Assembly (NCBI RefSeq): GCF_033153115.1
Contig: NW_026889753.1
Span: forward strand, 10,416,001 to 10,480,000
Direction: 5' to 3'
Source: Saccostrea echinata
Lineage: Eukaryota
Length of the DNA: 64,000 nucleotides
Positions within the stretch are counted from its first letter, which is position 1, and every line of letters starts with the position of its first letter. Shown here piece by piece: positions 13,962 to 27,331 of this stretch. The notes under the pieces are model-generated. The model saw only the letters and a program-made list of their open reading frames with translations, had not been told where the DNA came from and searched no databases. The position numbers and the translations under genes were made by a program.

Positions 13962-13997
13962 AGGTCAGCAGAGGCCAGTAGGGGTCAACAGGGGTCA
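13962..13997 (+). promoter_or_regulatory. Four nuclear-receptor half-sites in tandem DR4 spacing
   Basis: AGGTCA gcag AGGCCA gtag GGGTCA acag GGGTCA, in the presumed first intron of MCT-B. Function is inferred only. Confidence 0.4.
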
Positions 13998-15948
13998 ATT
14001 ACACAGACCTGACTCATTCATAATTTTATATCAGTGGATTACTGTCTTTTGATGACACTTAAAAAGAACCTTTCAGTTGGTAAGCTGAATGAATAGTTGT
14101 CCTTTACTCGGAGAAAACAATATATATTAAGTAATAAAAAAAATAATGTGAAATAATGACATGAATATATTTGCATGCTTTATTCAATTGTTTTGCAAAA
14201 AACAATTCTTTTTGTATTTCGGCACCAAATTGGATTGATTGTCCATGCATTCTTGAGTTTCATGTTGTGACTGGCATAAGGACGGTGCTACGGACCCACA
14301 TCCTGTTGTTGTTAAGGCCTACAGTGTATAAGTTATTGTATCTAGATGGAACATCATATTGTGTGGTTCTATTAAATTTTCAATTCATCAGCATCTTTCA
14401 ATATATATCATGTTCCAAAGCATCTTATTGAAATCTATATAATATTATCAGGAATTGTTCAATTACCTTTACATGTACATCATTTAACGTGTATGTTATC
14501 ATCTTAATCAAATTCTATATAATTTAAACTAAACTTTAACTTAAGACAAAAGCCAATAGAGGTTAAATGGATATAATCGAAACATTATATTATCATCGTA
14601 CTCTTTTATGTTAACATACCTTTATCTAAATACCATTTATCTATAAATACATTGTATCTATCGAAAATTTAACAAATGCAGTGCTTTTAGAGATAATCGA
14701 TATCGAAGTCATTTAAGGTAATACGCGACGTAAATGTACTTTACAATGTATCTTTCCCACGGACAATTGTCCTAGATATTCTTATAGACATATGCAATGT
14801 AGTTTTGAACTTTTTTTCTTATTCCCTGTATAATATTATGATGCCAGTTTATGTTGTACACCTCGTCTGAATCAAATTATCAGGAAATACCCGCTAAAAC
14901 TATATTTTATTAATTTTTCTTTTAAAATGTAAGGACTTTCATCATCTCATATCAGTTTAAAACTCCTGGTAATGTATGCTGATTTTGCGTATAAAAACAT
15001 TTGATGGTATTATGATTTTAAATTAAGAATATCTTGGACTATTATCAGTGGGAAAGGCACATTGTAAAGTATATGTACGTTGCGTATACCTTAATTTAAA
15101 GTCATAGTGCCATTAGATGATCTTTGACAAAACAAAATCAGTGTACATTACAAGGAGTTTGAACAGATATCAAATGATGAAAATCCTTGTGTGTTTTTTA
15201 AAGAAAAGTTAACAAAAATGCAGTTTTAGCTGGTATTTCCTTAAAACTTAATTCAGAGTAGGTGTACACATTACCAGGCATCATAAAATCTCATAAAGAT
15301 TCTTCAATTATTGGAATTTCTAAAATTGTACAGAGAATAAGAAAATTAAATTCATAACTATGATGCATACATGCATGTCCTTAAGAGAATTCTAAGTAAT
15401 TGACATCTTTTTACGATTCAGTTACCGATAGTGCAATTATTACATATATGTATACACAAACCAAGGATTCAAGGGCAAATATATGTACTTTTTGTCTAGG
15501 TCAGATAAATGGCTCGAAAGCATGATATGCGTTTTTAAGGGATACGATATTGTGAATTAAACATATAGTAAATATACCCCTCTGCCTACACTTACAGTAT
15601 TTACAAATAATGAGAGAAATGAAATAATTGAAAGTTAGAACCTGAAAATCATTAATCTTCTTTGGACAAAAACCAAGCTAAAATAATAAGACCATAAGAC
15701 CAATAAAACAACCCCCAAAAATACAAGCAACCGCAGTAATCAAGAAATTTATGATTTCATGATAAAAGCAAACATTTTTGACCACATGCATAAAGACGCC
15801 TTATTTCAACCCTTTAAATTACTCTAGAAAATGCGTATGCATAAGTATACGTGAATCTAATATAGAGAATAAGAAAAACAAAAAATTATAATTTCAACAT
15901 GTGGTAACACACTTTCCGTTACTTTTTTAAAGATAAAATAACACTTAC

Positions 15949-16092
15949 CGGATGGAAGATCTTAGAGACTGTAGTCCCCTCAGTGAGTTTTACTGATACT
16001 CACGTTAATCTTGTACGATGCAGTGCTATCAGCTGATTCGTAGTAAACGTGACTGAGAAGTTTCTTGCCTCGTTAGTCATACCCTTATTATA
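15949..16092 (-). promoter_or_regulatory. Putative non-coding first exon and core promoter of MCT-B
   Basis: Donor CCG|GTAAGT at 15949/15948, paralleled by CCG|GTAAGT near 37630 upstream of MCT-C. Inr-like TCAGTC at 16056-16051 and TATAATAA at 16092-16085. An acceptor at 10899-10898 precedes the ATG exon. Confidence 0.4.
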
Positions 16093-16775
16093 AGATCTCG
16101 ATAATCGCCACTCTCTCGTTCAAGGTCTGCTCCTCTTGTTTCTGGCTAAGGGTTGTTCCTCCTTGCTTTGGACTGAAGTATCTAGTATGTACCGAATTAA
16201 CGTCCAACATAGATTTTCCTTCTACATATGAATTATGATTAAGATGGTATTTAACGTAGTAACAAACTACGAGCCGTAATTTACCGTGGATTTATGTGTG
16301 CTTTGCTTTTTATAGATATACCATATAAGCAGAATTTTTGGTGAGGATTTAATTTTGGCATTATTAGCGAGGGTGTTGAAGTCGCTAAATTTGAATATTG
16401 GCAACAATTAGTTGCGTATTGATTGTTATAGCTTGCAATGACCTTCATTTTGACACTATGTACATCGATGACGTTTTATCAATTACAATGTATTCTTTCA
16501 TTAATATGTAGACAAGATATATCCCAGTGAATTTGAAAGTTATTACATAGCCTGTCACATTTGTCTCAAGTTTGGAAGTTTTACTGAATCAAGACGTTTA
16601 TGACAAACTTAAAACTGAACTATATGACAAACGATTCCAGCTTTTCTGCCTTCAACATCCCTTTTTTTATATAGTAATTATCTAATATCAGCTACATATA
16701 TTTTTTTTCTTCCACGGTTCATACTTCATGTAAGAAGTCACGAAAATCAAAAGAAATGGGTTGGTGTTTGGTCTT

Positions 16776-17485
16776 TGTCCAAGATAGAGCTTCTGGTAAA
16801 GTCAGGGGCATTGAGCGGTATTTGTCTAAAACAGAGCTTCTGGTAAAGTCAGCAGCGTTGAGCGGCATTTTTCCAACACAGAGCTTCTGGTGAAGTCAGC
16901 GGCATTGAGCGGCATTTGTCCAACACAGAGCTTCTGGTAAAGTCAGCGGCATTGAGCGGCATTTGTCCAAGACAGAGTTTCTGGTAAAGTCAGCGGCATT
17001 GAGCGGCATTTGTCCAAGACAGAGTTTCTGGTGAAGTCAACGGCATTGAGCGGCATTTGTCCAAGACAGAGCTTTTGTCACTTCAGCGGCATTGGCATTT
17101 GTCCAAGACAGAGCTTCTGGTGATGTCAGCGGCATTGAGCGGCATTTGTCCAAGAGAGTGCCTCTGTTAAAGTCAGTGGCATTGAGCGGCATTTGTCCAA
17201 GACAGAGCTTCTGGTGAGGTCAGCGGCATTGAACGGCATTTGTCCAAGACAGTGCCTCTGTTAAAGTCAGCGGCATTGAGCGGCATTTGTCCAAGACAGA
17301 GCTTCTGGTAAAGTCAGCGGCATTGAGCGGCATTTGTCCAACACAGAGCTTCTGGTGAAGTCAGTGGCATTGAGCGGCATTTGTCCAACGCAGTGTCTCT
17401 GGTAAAGTCAGCGGCATTGAGTGGCATTTGTCCAAGACAGAGCTTCTGGTGAAGTCAGCGGCATTGAGCGGCATTGTCCAACACA
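16776..17485 (+). repeat. 47-bp tandem repeat, left arm (about 15 copies)
   Basis: Unit CAGAGCTTCTGGTAAAGTCAGCGGCATTGAGCGGCATTTGTCCAAGA. Confidence 0.95.
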
Positions 17486-18296
17486 CAGCGTCTAGTTAAG
17501 TCCAACATGGTACTTCTGCTAAAGTTAGTTGCAAAGTTTAAATAAGTTATATGAAAAGTTGAACTTTTCTCAAAAAAAAAATGTTTTATTCACTTTTGTA
17601 CAATGAAAATTCTTTGCCTTAAAAAGAGTCACAGAAGGCCTGAAAAATTAATGTGTGCATAAATAATGTTTTGTTTAGACCAAGGATAGAAGAATATGAA
17701 ATACAATTGATTCTTTTTCTACTGATAGAATTACTTATAATTAAGATAAGGTTTACCATTCTATCTATGAAAGGTACTGTAAAGATATTTGTTTTTCTTA
17801 AATGGCAAGGATTTGATCATTAATTAGCATTTATGTTTTCTCCCTTTCTTTTGATCATATTTTCATTAGTACATAGATAATACAATAATATTGATTAAAT
17901 TGACTTCACTAAATAGCATAATCTTGGCCTGTTATCACCCAAGAAGCATGCTAATTAAGCATTACAGTAATGGCAGTCAGATACATACTTATCACCAATG
18001 TGTGATTCTGTCCCAAAATCTTAGCAAGTGTTTAAAACCCAAAGATGATTAGGCACATACAGTGTACTGTTAATCATCTGGCTTCGATATTCTAATTTTC
18101 TAAGAAATGTAATCATTGATATTGCTTGATTATGACTATTAACTTAAGGGCATCCCATGCATAAGTAGCAAAAATATATCTTTGATCTTTAATTTTTAAA
18201 TTAAGGAAAATATGTAAAGATTAATGTAATAGATGTCTAACTTAGAGTCTAAGGACTAATTAATGTCCCCCCATTCAATACAAGTTAAACCACAAG

Positions 18297-19163
18297 AAAG
18301 AATGCCCCTTCCATATAAGGTCACTACATGAGGAATACCACTCAGTTTGTATTAAGTCACTTCATAAACAATGCAGCTTATTCCGTATAAGGTCATTACA
18401 TGAAGAATGCTGCTCATTCTGTATAAGGTCACGACATGAATAATGCTGCTTATTCTGTATAAGGTCACTACATGAAGAATGCAGCTCATTCAATATTAGG
18501 TCAATACATGAAGAATGCCGCTTATTCCGTAAAAGGTCACTACATGAAGAATGCTGCTTATTCGGAATAAGGTCACTACATGAAGAATGCTGCTTATTCG
18601 GTATAAGGTCACTACATGAAGAATGCTGCTTATTCCGTATAAGGTCACAACATGAAGAATGCTGCTTATTCCGTTTAAGGTCACAACATGAAGAATGCTG
18701 CTTATTCCGTTTAAGGTCACTACATGAAGAATGCTGCTTATTCCATATAAGGTCACTACATGAAGAATGCTGCCTATTTCGTATAAGGTCACTACATGAA
18801 GAATGCTGCTTATTCGGTATAAGGTCACTACATGAAGAATGCTGCTTATTCGGTATAAGGTCACAACATGAAGAATGCTGCTTAATCGGTAAAAGGGCAC
18901 TACATGAAGAATGCTGCCTATTTCGTATAAGGTCACAACATGAAGAATGCTGCTTATTCCGTATAAGGTCACTACATGGAGAATGCTACTTATTCCGTAT
19001 AAGGTCACTACATGAAGAATGCTGCTTATTCTGTATATGCTAATTACATGAAAAACTTGCTCATTCTGTTTATGGTCACTACATGAAGAATGCTGCTTAT
19101 TCAGTATAAGATCTCTACATGAAGAATGCTGCCTATTCCGTATATAAGATGAAGAATGCTGCT
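18297..19163. repeat. 36-bp tandem repeat (about 24 copies) inside the foldback loop
   Basis: Unit CATGAAGAATGCTGCTTATTCCGTATAAGGTCACTA. Confidence 0.95.
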
Positions 19164-19165
19164 AG

Positions 19166-21003
19166 TTCTGTGTTGGACTTTACCAGAGGCACTGTGTTGG
19201 ACAAATGCTGCTCAATGCTGCTGACCTCACCAGAAACTCTGTCCTGGACAAATGCCGCTCAATGCCGCTGAAGTGACCAGAAGCTCTGTCTTGGACAAAT
19301 GCCGCTGAAGTGACCAGAAGCTCTGTCTTGGATGGACAAATGCCGCTCAATGCTGCTGACTTTACCAGAGGCACTGTGTTGGACAGATGCCGCTCAATGC
19401 CGCTGACCTTACCAGAAGCTCTGTCTTGGACAAATGCCGCTTAATGCCGCTGAAGTGACCAGAAGCTCTGTCTAAGACGGACAAATGCCGCTCAATGCTG
19501 CTGACTTTACCAGAGGCACTGTGTTGGACAAATGCCGCTCAATGCCGCTGACTTTACCAGAAGCTCTGTCTTGGACAAATGCCGCTCAATGCCACTGACT
19601 TCACCAGAAACTCTGTGTTGGACAAATGCCGCTCAATGCTGCTGAAGTTACCAGAAGCTCTGTGTTGTACAAATGCCGCTGACTTTACCAGAGGCACTGT
19701 CTTGGACAAATGCCGCTCAATGCCGCTGACCTCAACAGAAACTCTGTCTTGGACAAATGCCGCTCAATGCCGCTGACTTTACCAGAGGCACTGTCTTGGA
19801 CAAATGCCGCTCAATGCCACTGAAGTTAACAGAAGCTCTGTGTTGGACAAATGCCGCTCAATGCCGCTGACCTCACCAGAAGCTCTGTGTTTGACAAATG
19901 CCGCTGAAGTTATAAGAAGCTCTGTGTGGAACAAATGCACCTCAATTCCGCTGACCTCACCAGAAGCTCTGTGCTGGACAAATGCCGCTCAATGCCGCTG
20001 AAGTTACCAAAACTCTGTGTTGGACAAATGCCGCTCAATGCCGCTGACTTTACCAGAGGCACTGTCTTGGACAAATGCCGCTCAATGCCGCTGACCTCAC
20101 CTGAAACTCTGTTTTGGACAAATGCCGCTGAAGTTACCAGAAGCTCTGTATGGGACAATGCCGCTCAATGCCGCTGACTTCACCAGAAACTCTGTGTTGA
20201 ACAAATGCCGCTCAATGCCGCTGAAGTTACGAAAACTCTGTGTTGGACAAATGCCGCTCAATGCCACTGACTTCACCAGAAACTCTGTCTTGGACAGATG
20301 CCGCTCAATGCCACTGAAGTTACCAGAAGCACTGTGTTGGACAATGCCGCTCAATGCTGCTGACTTTGCTAGAGGCACTGTCTTGGACAAATGCCGCTCA
20401 ATGCCGCTGACCTCACCAGAAGCTCTGTGTTGGACAAATGCCGCTCAATGCCGCTGACTTCACCAGAAACTCTGTGTTGAACAAATGCCGCTCAATGCCG
20501 CTGAAGTTACGAAAACTCTGTGTTGGACAAATGCCGCTCAATGCCACTGACTTCACCAGAAACTCTGTCTTGGACAGATGCCGCTCAATGCCACTGAAGT
20601 TACCAGAAGCACTGTGTTGGACAAATGCCGCTCAATGCTGCTGACTTTGCTAGAGGCACTGTCTTGGACAAATGCCGCTCAATGCCGCTGACCTCACCAG
20701 AAGCTCTGTGTTGGACAAATGCCGCTCAATGCCGCTGACTTCACCAGAAGCTCTGTGTGGAACAAATGCCGCTCAATGCCCTGACTTCACCAGAAACTCT
20801 GTCTTGGACAAATGCCGCTCAATGCTGCTGAAGTTACCAGAAGCTCTGTCTTGGACAATTGCCGCTCAATACCGCTGACTTTACCAGAGGCACAGTGTTG
20901 GACAAATGCCGCTCAATGCCGCTGACTTTACCAGAAGCTCTGTTTTGGACAAATGACGCTCAATGCCGCTGACTTTATCAGAAGCACTGTGTTGGACAAA
21001 TAC
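19166..21003 (-). repeat. 47-bp tandem repeat, right arm (about 39-40 copies), inverted relative to the left arm
   Basis: Unit TCTTGGACAAATGCCGCTCAATGCCGCTGACTTTACCAGAAGCTCTG. Some 37-bp variants lack one AATGCCGCTC subunit. Confidence 0.95.
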
Positions 21004-21670
21004 CATGTTTTGACTCTTTAAATAGAAAAGTTTTTTAAAACATCTTACCCATGATATTACTTAGTACTTGTGGTATTCTATAAACTAAAAGTAATCTTTC
21101 GTGACTTCTTACATGAAGGAATAGCCTTCTTCCACCTTATTCGATACGCAAGAGCACGATCTGAGTATGACCAATTTTAACTTAGGTAGGATACTGACAA
21201 AAAAGTTGATGTTTCAAGGATTTTTAAAACCTCCTTTAAAGTCAGCATTTTTCAAATTCTATGGTAGTCATAATGAAACTGTTTGTCAATACAATTTATG
21301 GTTGGGTCAAATACTGATTGACACTCTTGGACCACTGTTTGATACTAATTTTCATTTCGGATAACTCCATTCACCATATCAATACAGAGGGCTCACGGTG
21401 GGTGTGGCCGGCAGACTTACTCTTCCTAGGCACCTGATCCCACCTCTGGTGTTTTCTATGATCCCTGTTTATGATCTCTTCACATATCTTATTGTTAAGA
21501 GGATTTATGAGAATGATAACAGTTCGTTATCTTAAACTTTTCATTTGATTTAGTTTCATGCCTTAAAACATTCATCTTTAATTTGGCAATTGCCTACGAA
21601 AGTTTTCAATGTTATCCAAATTTTTTGTAAAATTAAATTGACGTTTCATCAATTACTATATATTTCTTTT

Positions 21671-22436
21671 CAGGCGCGTAGCTGCCTATACGCAAATACG
21701 CAAGTGCGTACACATCATTTTCGAAAATAAAATAAAATAAATGAATAAAGAATTTTTATTAAAAATTAGAAGAGAGAGAGACGGAAGGTTATTCTGAAAA
21801 AAAATCTCAGTACCATCCAACAATTTTTTGTATTTCATATTGTTTTGTGTCATACTGTTTCGAATCAAATTTAATATTATCATGTCTTTATAATCAAATT
21901 TGAAATTTTTTATTAAATAATTGACAAATCCAAATAAATAATTGATTAATCTGTAATTGTTCTATGATACACGGATATTTTTTTTAAAAGATCTTTGAGA
22001 AATCATAATTCAAACATTTCGTTGAATGCTATGATCTACTCCTATTCAAATGATTAAAATACGACATTCTTTGTTAATAACTAACATTTATTATACTTGT
22101 TTTTGAACGTTAATAAAGAGTTTATGATACCAAAATATCAGTAAAATATATAGCCTCAACTGCACGTACAATAAATTTACATGGAAGTATAAACTTTGCG
22201 TTAAAAACAATATTACTATGTCTTTTATTTTCTAAAATTAAGGCAAAATGGCATAATTTTTATTTTACAAGAAAATGAGTGAAATATATGATAAAACTCC
22301 GGAGCTTCCGGGGGCTTCGCCCCCTAGGCCCCCATCAGAGTTTCGTCCTGGACCCACTATGGGGGGGGGTCAAGGCGGCCCCAGACACCCTGCCGTTCTC
22401 TGCGTACACTTCATTTCCATTCTGGCTACGCGCCTG
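21671..22436. mobile_element. TIR MITE with 5-bp TSD
   Basis: TIR CAGGCGCGTAGC...GCTACGCGCCTG, with CTTTT on both flanks (21666-21670, 22437-22441). GC-rich GGGGCTTCGCCCCC subterminal block. Confidence 0.85.
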
Positions 22437-24724
22437 CTTTTGCAAATATACGTACATTTAAATATGACTCGATCCAAGCTAGATATTATTCATCGGTGTT
22501 GTGTTTCTGGATTTTTGTCTCTCTATATATTGTCTCCCTTTCCATTAATACTGTATTTGGTTAATTCAATATATTTGAACTATATCTGCATATTTTCTCA
22601 AACTATTCGAGAAACTAATCAAATTTTAACATATAAATTGGGAACTTGTGTATGTCAATAAGATCAAACACTTTCTTGGGCTCATGAATATGCTCTGAAA
22701 TAAAGTATGAAATTCATTGACAAACTTTTCCTGATTTTTACAGTACCATCTCCATGGAAGTGCCACATGTTACGAACGTGTAAAAATAAACATCCATACA
22801 CTTATATTTGCCATCTTCTTGTTTACTTTGAAAGTAATATTTTTTAAGACAAAGGAATTAGAAAACGAATCTCAAATGTAAATGTAGAAATTAACCCGAA
22901 GGTTCTGAATCATCATTTTGTTTCACAAATACTTTGATGAAGGCAATAGCCTGAATTACTATAAGAAAAATTCTAGAAATCTTCAAATAATTTTCAAAAA
23001 GAATTCTTCCCAAATTTTGAAATTTCAATATAGAATAAGGGTACATACTATGTTGATATTACTTTTGAAGAAAATACTTGTATCTTTCAAAATGTAATTC
23101 TCCACAATTTTGTCCTTCCTCCAATATAACGTGGTTTACAAACGTTCTACATAAGATTCGATATTCTGTATGTCAGTTTGTAATTTAGCCATGGGTTAAT
23201 AAGAAAAATGTTAATATTTAAATGTCACCTCATCCAAACATTACTCTGCCAATAATTTTGCTCTAATTTGATCGTAATCAAAGTTATGATATCATAACTT
23301 TGATTTCGATGAATGTTGTTATCATTGTTACAGGAAACTGAAAAGAAGGTTAATTTTTACGAGGTTTGATCCAAAACTAAAGTCATATTTGCAAAATTTT
23401 AATAATCGAATATTATCAATATAATTTTAAATACTAATACCCCTATATATCTTGATTTTTGCCTTAAAATTCCATTCGATTATTTAAAAAACACTTTTTA
23501 AAATATAAAGATAAACAAAACGTTAGGTTCTGTCTATCGCTGCAAAGTAAGAATGTTACCAACGTGTAATGACGTTACCTTTCGGCACTCATTTTCAGTT
23601 CAACCCCACATCTTTTTTACTTCTCATGGGCTTGTCTTTAATAAACTTTACTAACATTTTGTCATAAAACGACTTGTTTTAAGTTGTAGTATTAAAATTA
23701 TCTGAACTTTGTCCAAATGTTATTTCTAAATTCATTCCTTTTTGAGTAAAGCTTATGTATCATCAGATTCAAAATGTATGTTAAAGAGAAACGTCAACGA
23801 CGTCGGTAAATTCTTGCTGTGTGGTGATAGACGAGACCCAAGATTATGTTTATTATAATATTTTAAAAATATTGCCTATATCTGAATGGAATGTTAGGAA
23901 AAAGTCAAAATAGAGATATTAATATGTAAAGTTTTGTTTAAAATTTTCGAATATTAAAGATTTGATAGCAGTTGTAACATTACTTTTGTATCAACCCTCG
24001 TATTTTAACTTACTTGCATCTTTCAAACATTTTTAATTCAAGAAAACCAAAGTACACATAATACGACTTTAGAGTAACCTGACGATATCAAGCCTATTAT
24101 GACCATCCATGAATCGATAAATGTTTTACCATGTCAGACAAATCTATCTTTTCCTAGATAACTTTAATTGAGTATATTGTGGTACCCTAACGGCCAGTGA
24201 CCTGAAAAACAGTTGGTATCAAATCTTGTATGAATCCCTTTGAGTCCTGCAAAGTTCAAAGGTGAGGTTTCGCTAAGGATAGTAACGTCAGGCATGTGTG
24301 ATTCTGTCAGCTTTTTAAAGATGTAACCATCATTTTGATTGACCTTTCAAATAATATCATAAACTGCAACGAGCTTTAACGGATTAAGGTACTTATTTTC
24401 GGAATATGAAATGACCAGACCTATCAACATAGACGATTTCAATTAACTTTGGTAAATCTACGCGTAAAAGACTATTACTTTAATTCAATTCGTACAATAA
24501 CCGACATCGTTTCTTAGAGTGCGTTGCCGCTTGAAAAATTCGTTTTTATGAGTAGATATAAAATGATATTATTAAAGTATAGAGGAAGAATAAGAGATAC
24601 TGCTGATTCCAACTGGAAAATGTACACAAAAAGTGGCCTAAAAGACTTGAATCTGGATTTCACTCCGAACAGCTTGTAAATATGGTGAAAAGCATGTCCT
24701 AGACTTGCTAATTATAAACTTTAA

Positions 24725-25505
24725 AGGTGCTTGGACACAGATTTGAAGTTAATATTTTTTTTCAAATTTTCTGTATATTTTCATGACTTGTATGTTGCTA
24801 TAGCATTTCATACTAAAATATAATAAAAATCTTATTTCATCTCGAAGTTATTAAAACTTCTATTTTCTGGACGCGTTGGATTTACACATCCTTGTGCTTT
24901 CACATATTTTAATTTTATTCTTAATACTTAAGAAAAGTGGCAATTTTATTGCGTATTAATGAAAAATATCAAAACTATAACCCAGAAAATTCAGAGTAGA
25001 AATGTTCGAAAGCAAAATCCACTCACAGTATTGTAAGTCCATGCTCAGTGGTGTGTGCAGAGTTTAACAATTGAACACACCCGGTGAATCGTATACATTA
25101 ACAATAACAGAGCTCGTGCCCTGTTTACAAAAACAGTTTACGTTTCACGGGTGTGTTCAATTTGTTAAACTCTGTATACATCATAGAGCACGGACTGACA
25201 ATACTGGTGAGATGGTTTTGCTTTCAAACATTTCTACTCTGAATTTTCTGGATTATAGATGTAATATTTTTCATTTATACATAACAAAATCGCTCCTTTT
25301 CTTAAATATTAAGGATAAAATAAAATTTGTGTAAGTGCAAAGATGTGTTAATCAAACGCGTCCCGGAATTCGTAGTTCCAATAATTTTCAGATAAAATAA
25401 ATTTTTAATTATATTTTCGTGTGAAATGTTATTGCAATATATAAGTCGTGATATTATACAGAAAATTTGAGAAAATATTAAGTTCAAATCCGTGTCTAAG
25501 CACCT
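24725..25505. mobile_element. Kolobok-like MITE (TTAA TSD, AGG...CCT ends), internally palindromic
   Basis: TTAA|AGGTGCTTGGACACAGATTTGAAGTTAATATTT ... AAATATTAAGTTCAAATCCGTGTCTAAGCACCT|TTAA. Further inverted pairs at 24868-24925/25307-25366 and 25052-25088/25144-25180. Confidence 0.82.
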
Positions 25506-27331
25506 TTAAAGAAAACAAATGATAAAAGTAAATGTAGATACATGTAGATAAAACATCCAATTTTATATAGATAGATTAAACTCTCAGTTACCTGTATATA
25601 AAACCGTAGTACGTCATGTCTTCAGAACTTGAAAGAATAACTTTTGTTTCTGTTAAATGCGTATTCAGTTGATACGAAACATCTATCTACATGTACATAG
25701 TACAAATTAGTTTTTATAGAGTTAAAGACAGTCATATTAAGTACATTGTGAAGCTGTACATGTAAATCAAAGTGGCTATAATGTTAATCATAAATCCGAA
25801 AAATTGCCTCAAGTGGGAGTTTTACAGTAATTGTATATACTCAAGTGTTTAATACTATACAGTGTGAAAATATATACATATTTCACTGCTAAGTTTCAAG
25901 TTCAAAAATGCCTCAAGTTTGTAAACCACAATCAGTAGGTCCCAACTTAACCTTTGAATCCCTATTTTGCGTTTCTACTTTAACTATGGTTTTTATGATG
26001 ACACCATGCACGAGAAGTGTCTTTCTGCATAATTTTCAGTCGGTCATCTAATATGACTTATTTCAAAACAGGGCTTTAACGAACGTGAATGTTTTTTTCG
26101 ATCACTTTCAAGGTTTCTACTCTATATAAAGAAAAGTGTTAACATAAAAAACTTATCATCAGTTTTTTGGTGTGTTTTTTTTTCTTTCTTTCTTTCTTTT
26201 TTTTTTTTTTTGGTTTATCCTTAAGCTTTTTTCATATCAGAGACCTCGTTTCGTTTCGTCATTTAAATCTCTATATCCCCTGTAGTTGTAACGCACATAA
26301 CATAACGTTTATTTAACAAACAGAGAACAAATCCATTTCATGTCTGACATGTTTTAAAATCAATTTTCGACCTACATGTATACAGGATACTGCTTCATAT
26401 TGGACTTTTGTTTTTGTATCACCGGGGAAAATAAGTGTAAAAACTTTCCGGCAACAATGAAACATAAAAATGCTAACGATGGAATAACACTTGATTATGA
26501 CTTAGGTCGGTAGGGCGAATTCTGGAAATCCAAAAATTGCACCCGAACAATCCGAAGCCTTGGACTTGACTGATTAACAATGTTGCATGTAACATATATA
26601 TAATAAAATATAACAATGACAATTAGCACAATTCTGAGCATGAGTGACAGATGGCTTAGATAGAATAACTCATGATATGTTGAGTAAATCGATTAAATTT
26701 TGAGTTACATGGTAATTAGCATAATTAGTCTTTTATGTTGTTTTAAGTAATTACAATAGATTAAAAGTATATTTCAAAGATAGTCAAAACATGCCACTAA
26801 AATTGTTTTTATCAAAATTTACACCGTGATATTTGTTTAGTTGGTTTTTTTTTTTTTGGGGGGGGGGGATACAAGTATTGCATCTTTAAAAAAAACTTGA
26901 ACATCTAAAAATTTATCAGGACTTCATGCAATTAAAACGTTTGCTTGAATATGATGCAATTATAAACTATTTTCCAAAAATTATCAATATTGATAAAGCA
27001 TCACTGAAATAAATTCTGTCAGACTCCATTTCCAAGTTTACCAAAAACCATTTCATCTTTTTAAAACCACACTAAACATGTTATCAGCTATTTGCTTTAT
27101 ATGAAACACGTAGTGTTTATATGCAATTATAATGAAGTAGAACATACAATTTCTCTGTAAGCTCGTTTTAACAATACAACTGTACTATTTTGAATCATAC
27201 AATTATGTACTCAAAATCTTTATCTCAAACACACGATTTTGCAATTTTAAATATCTACAATGCCAAAAGAACAACATCATTTCCCCCACATTTACTTCAA
27301 CTAAACATTTAAAATTGTCTCTCATTCGTAG

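Larger units (their letters stand above)
16716..21126. mobile_element. Foldback-type (Mutator/FB-like) non-autonomous DNA transposon, 4411 bp
   Basis: 9-bp TSD TTCTTCCAC (16707-16715, 21127-21135). TIRs GGTTCATACTTCATGTAAGAAGTCACGAAA and TTTCGTGACTTCTTACATGAAGGAATAGCC. Inverted arms of a 47-bp repeat. No transposase ORF. Confidence 0.88.
16430..21545 (+). mobile_element. Penelope-like RT relic split by the foldback element (16430-16715 plus 21127-21545)
   Basis: YIDDVLSI and IYPSEFE on the left. LIRYARA...KLMFQGF...SAFFKFYG and the CCTGATCCCACCTCTGG tail resume right after the TSD. Confidence 0.75.

Noticed and set aside
18496-20878. Repetitive ORFs (VVTLYGISSILH; MPLNAADFTR…)
   Set aside because: Translations of the 36-bp and 47-bp tandem repeats inside a transposon, with no splice or domain support.
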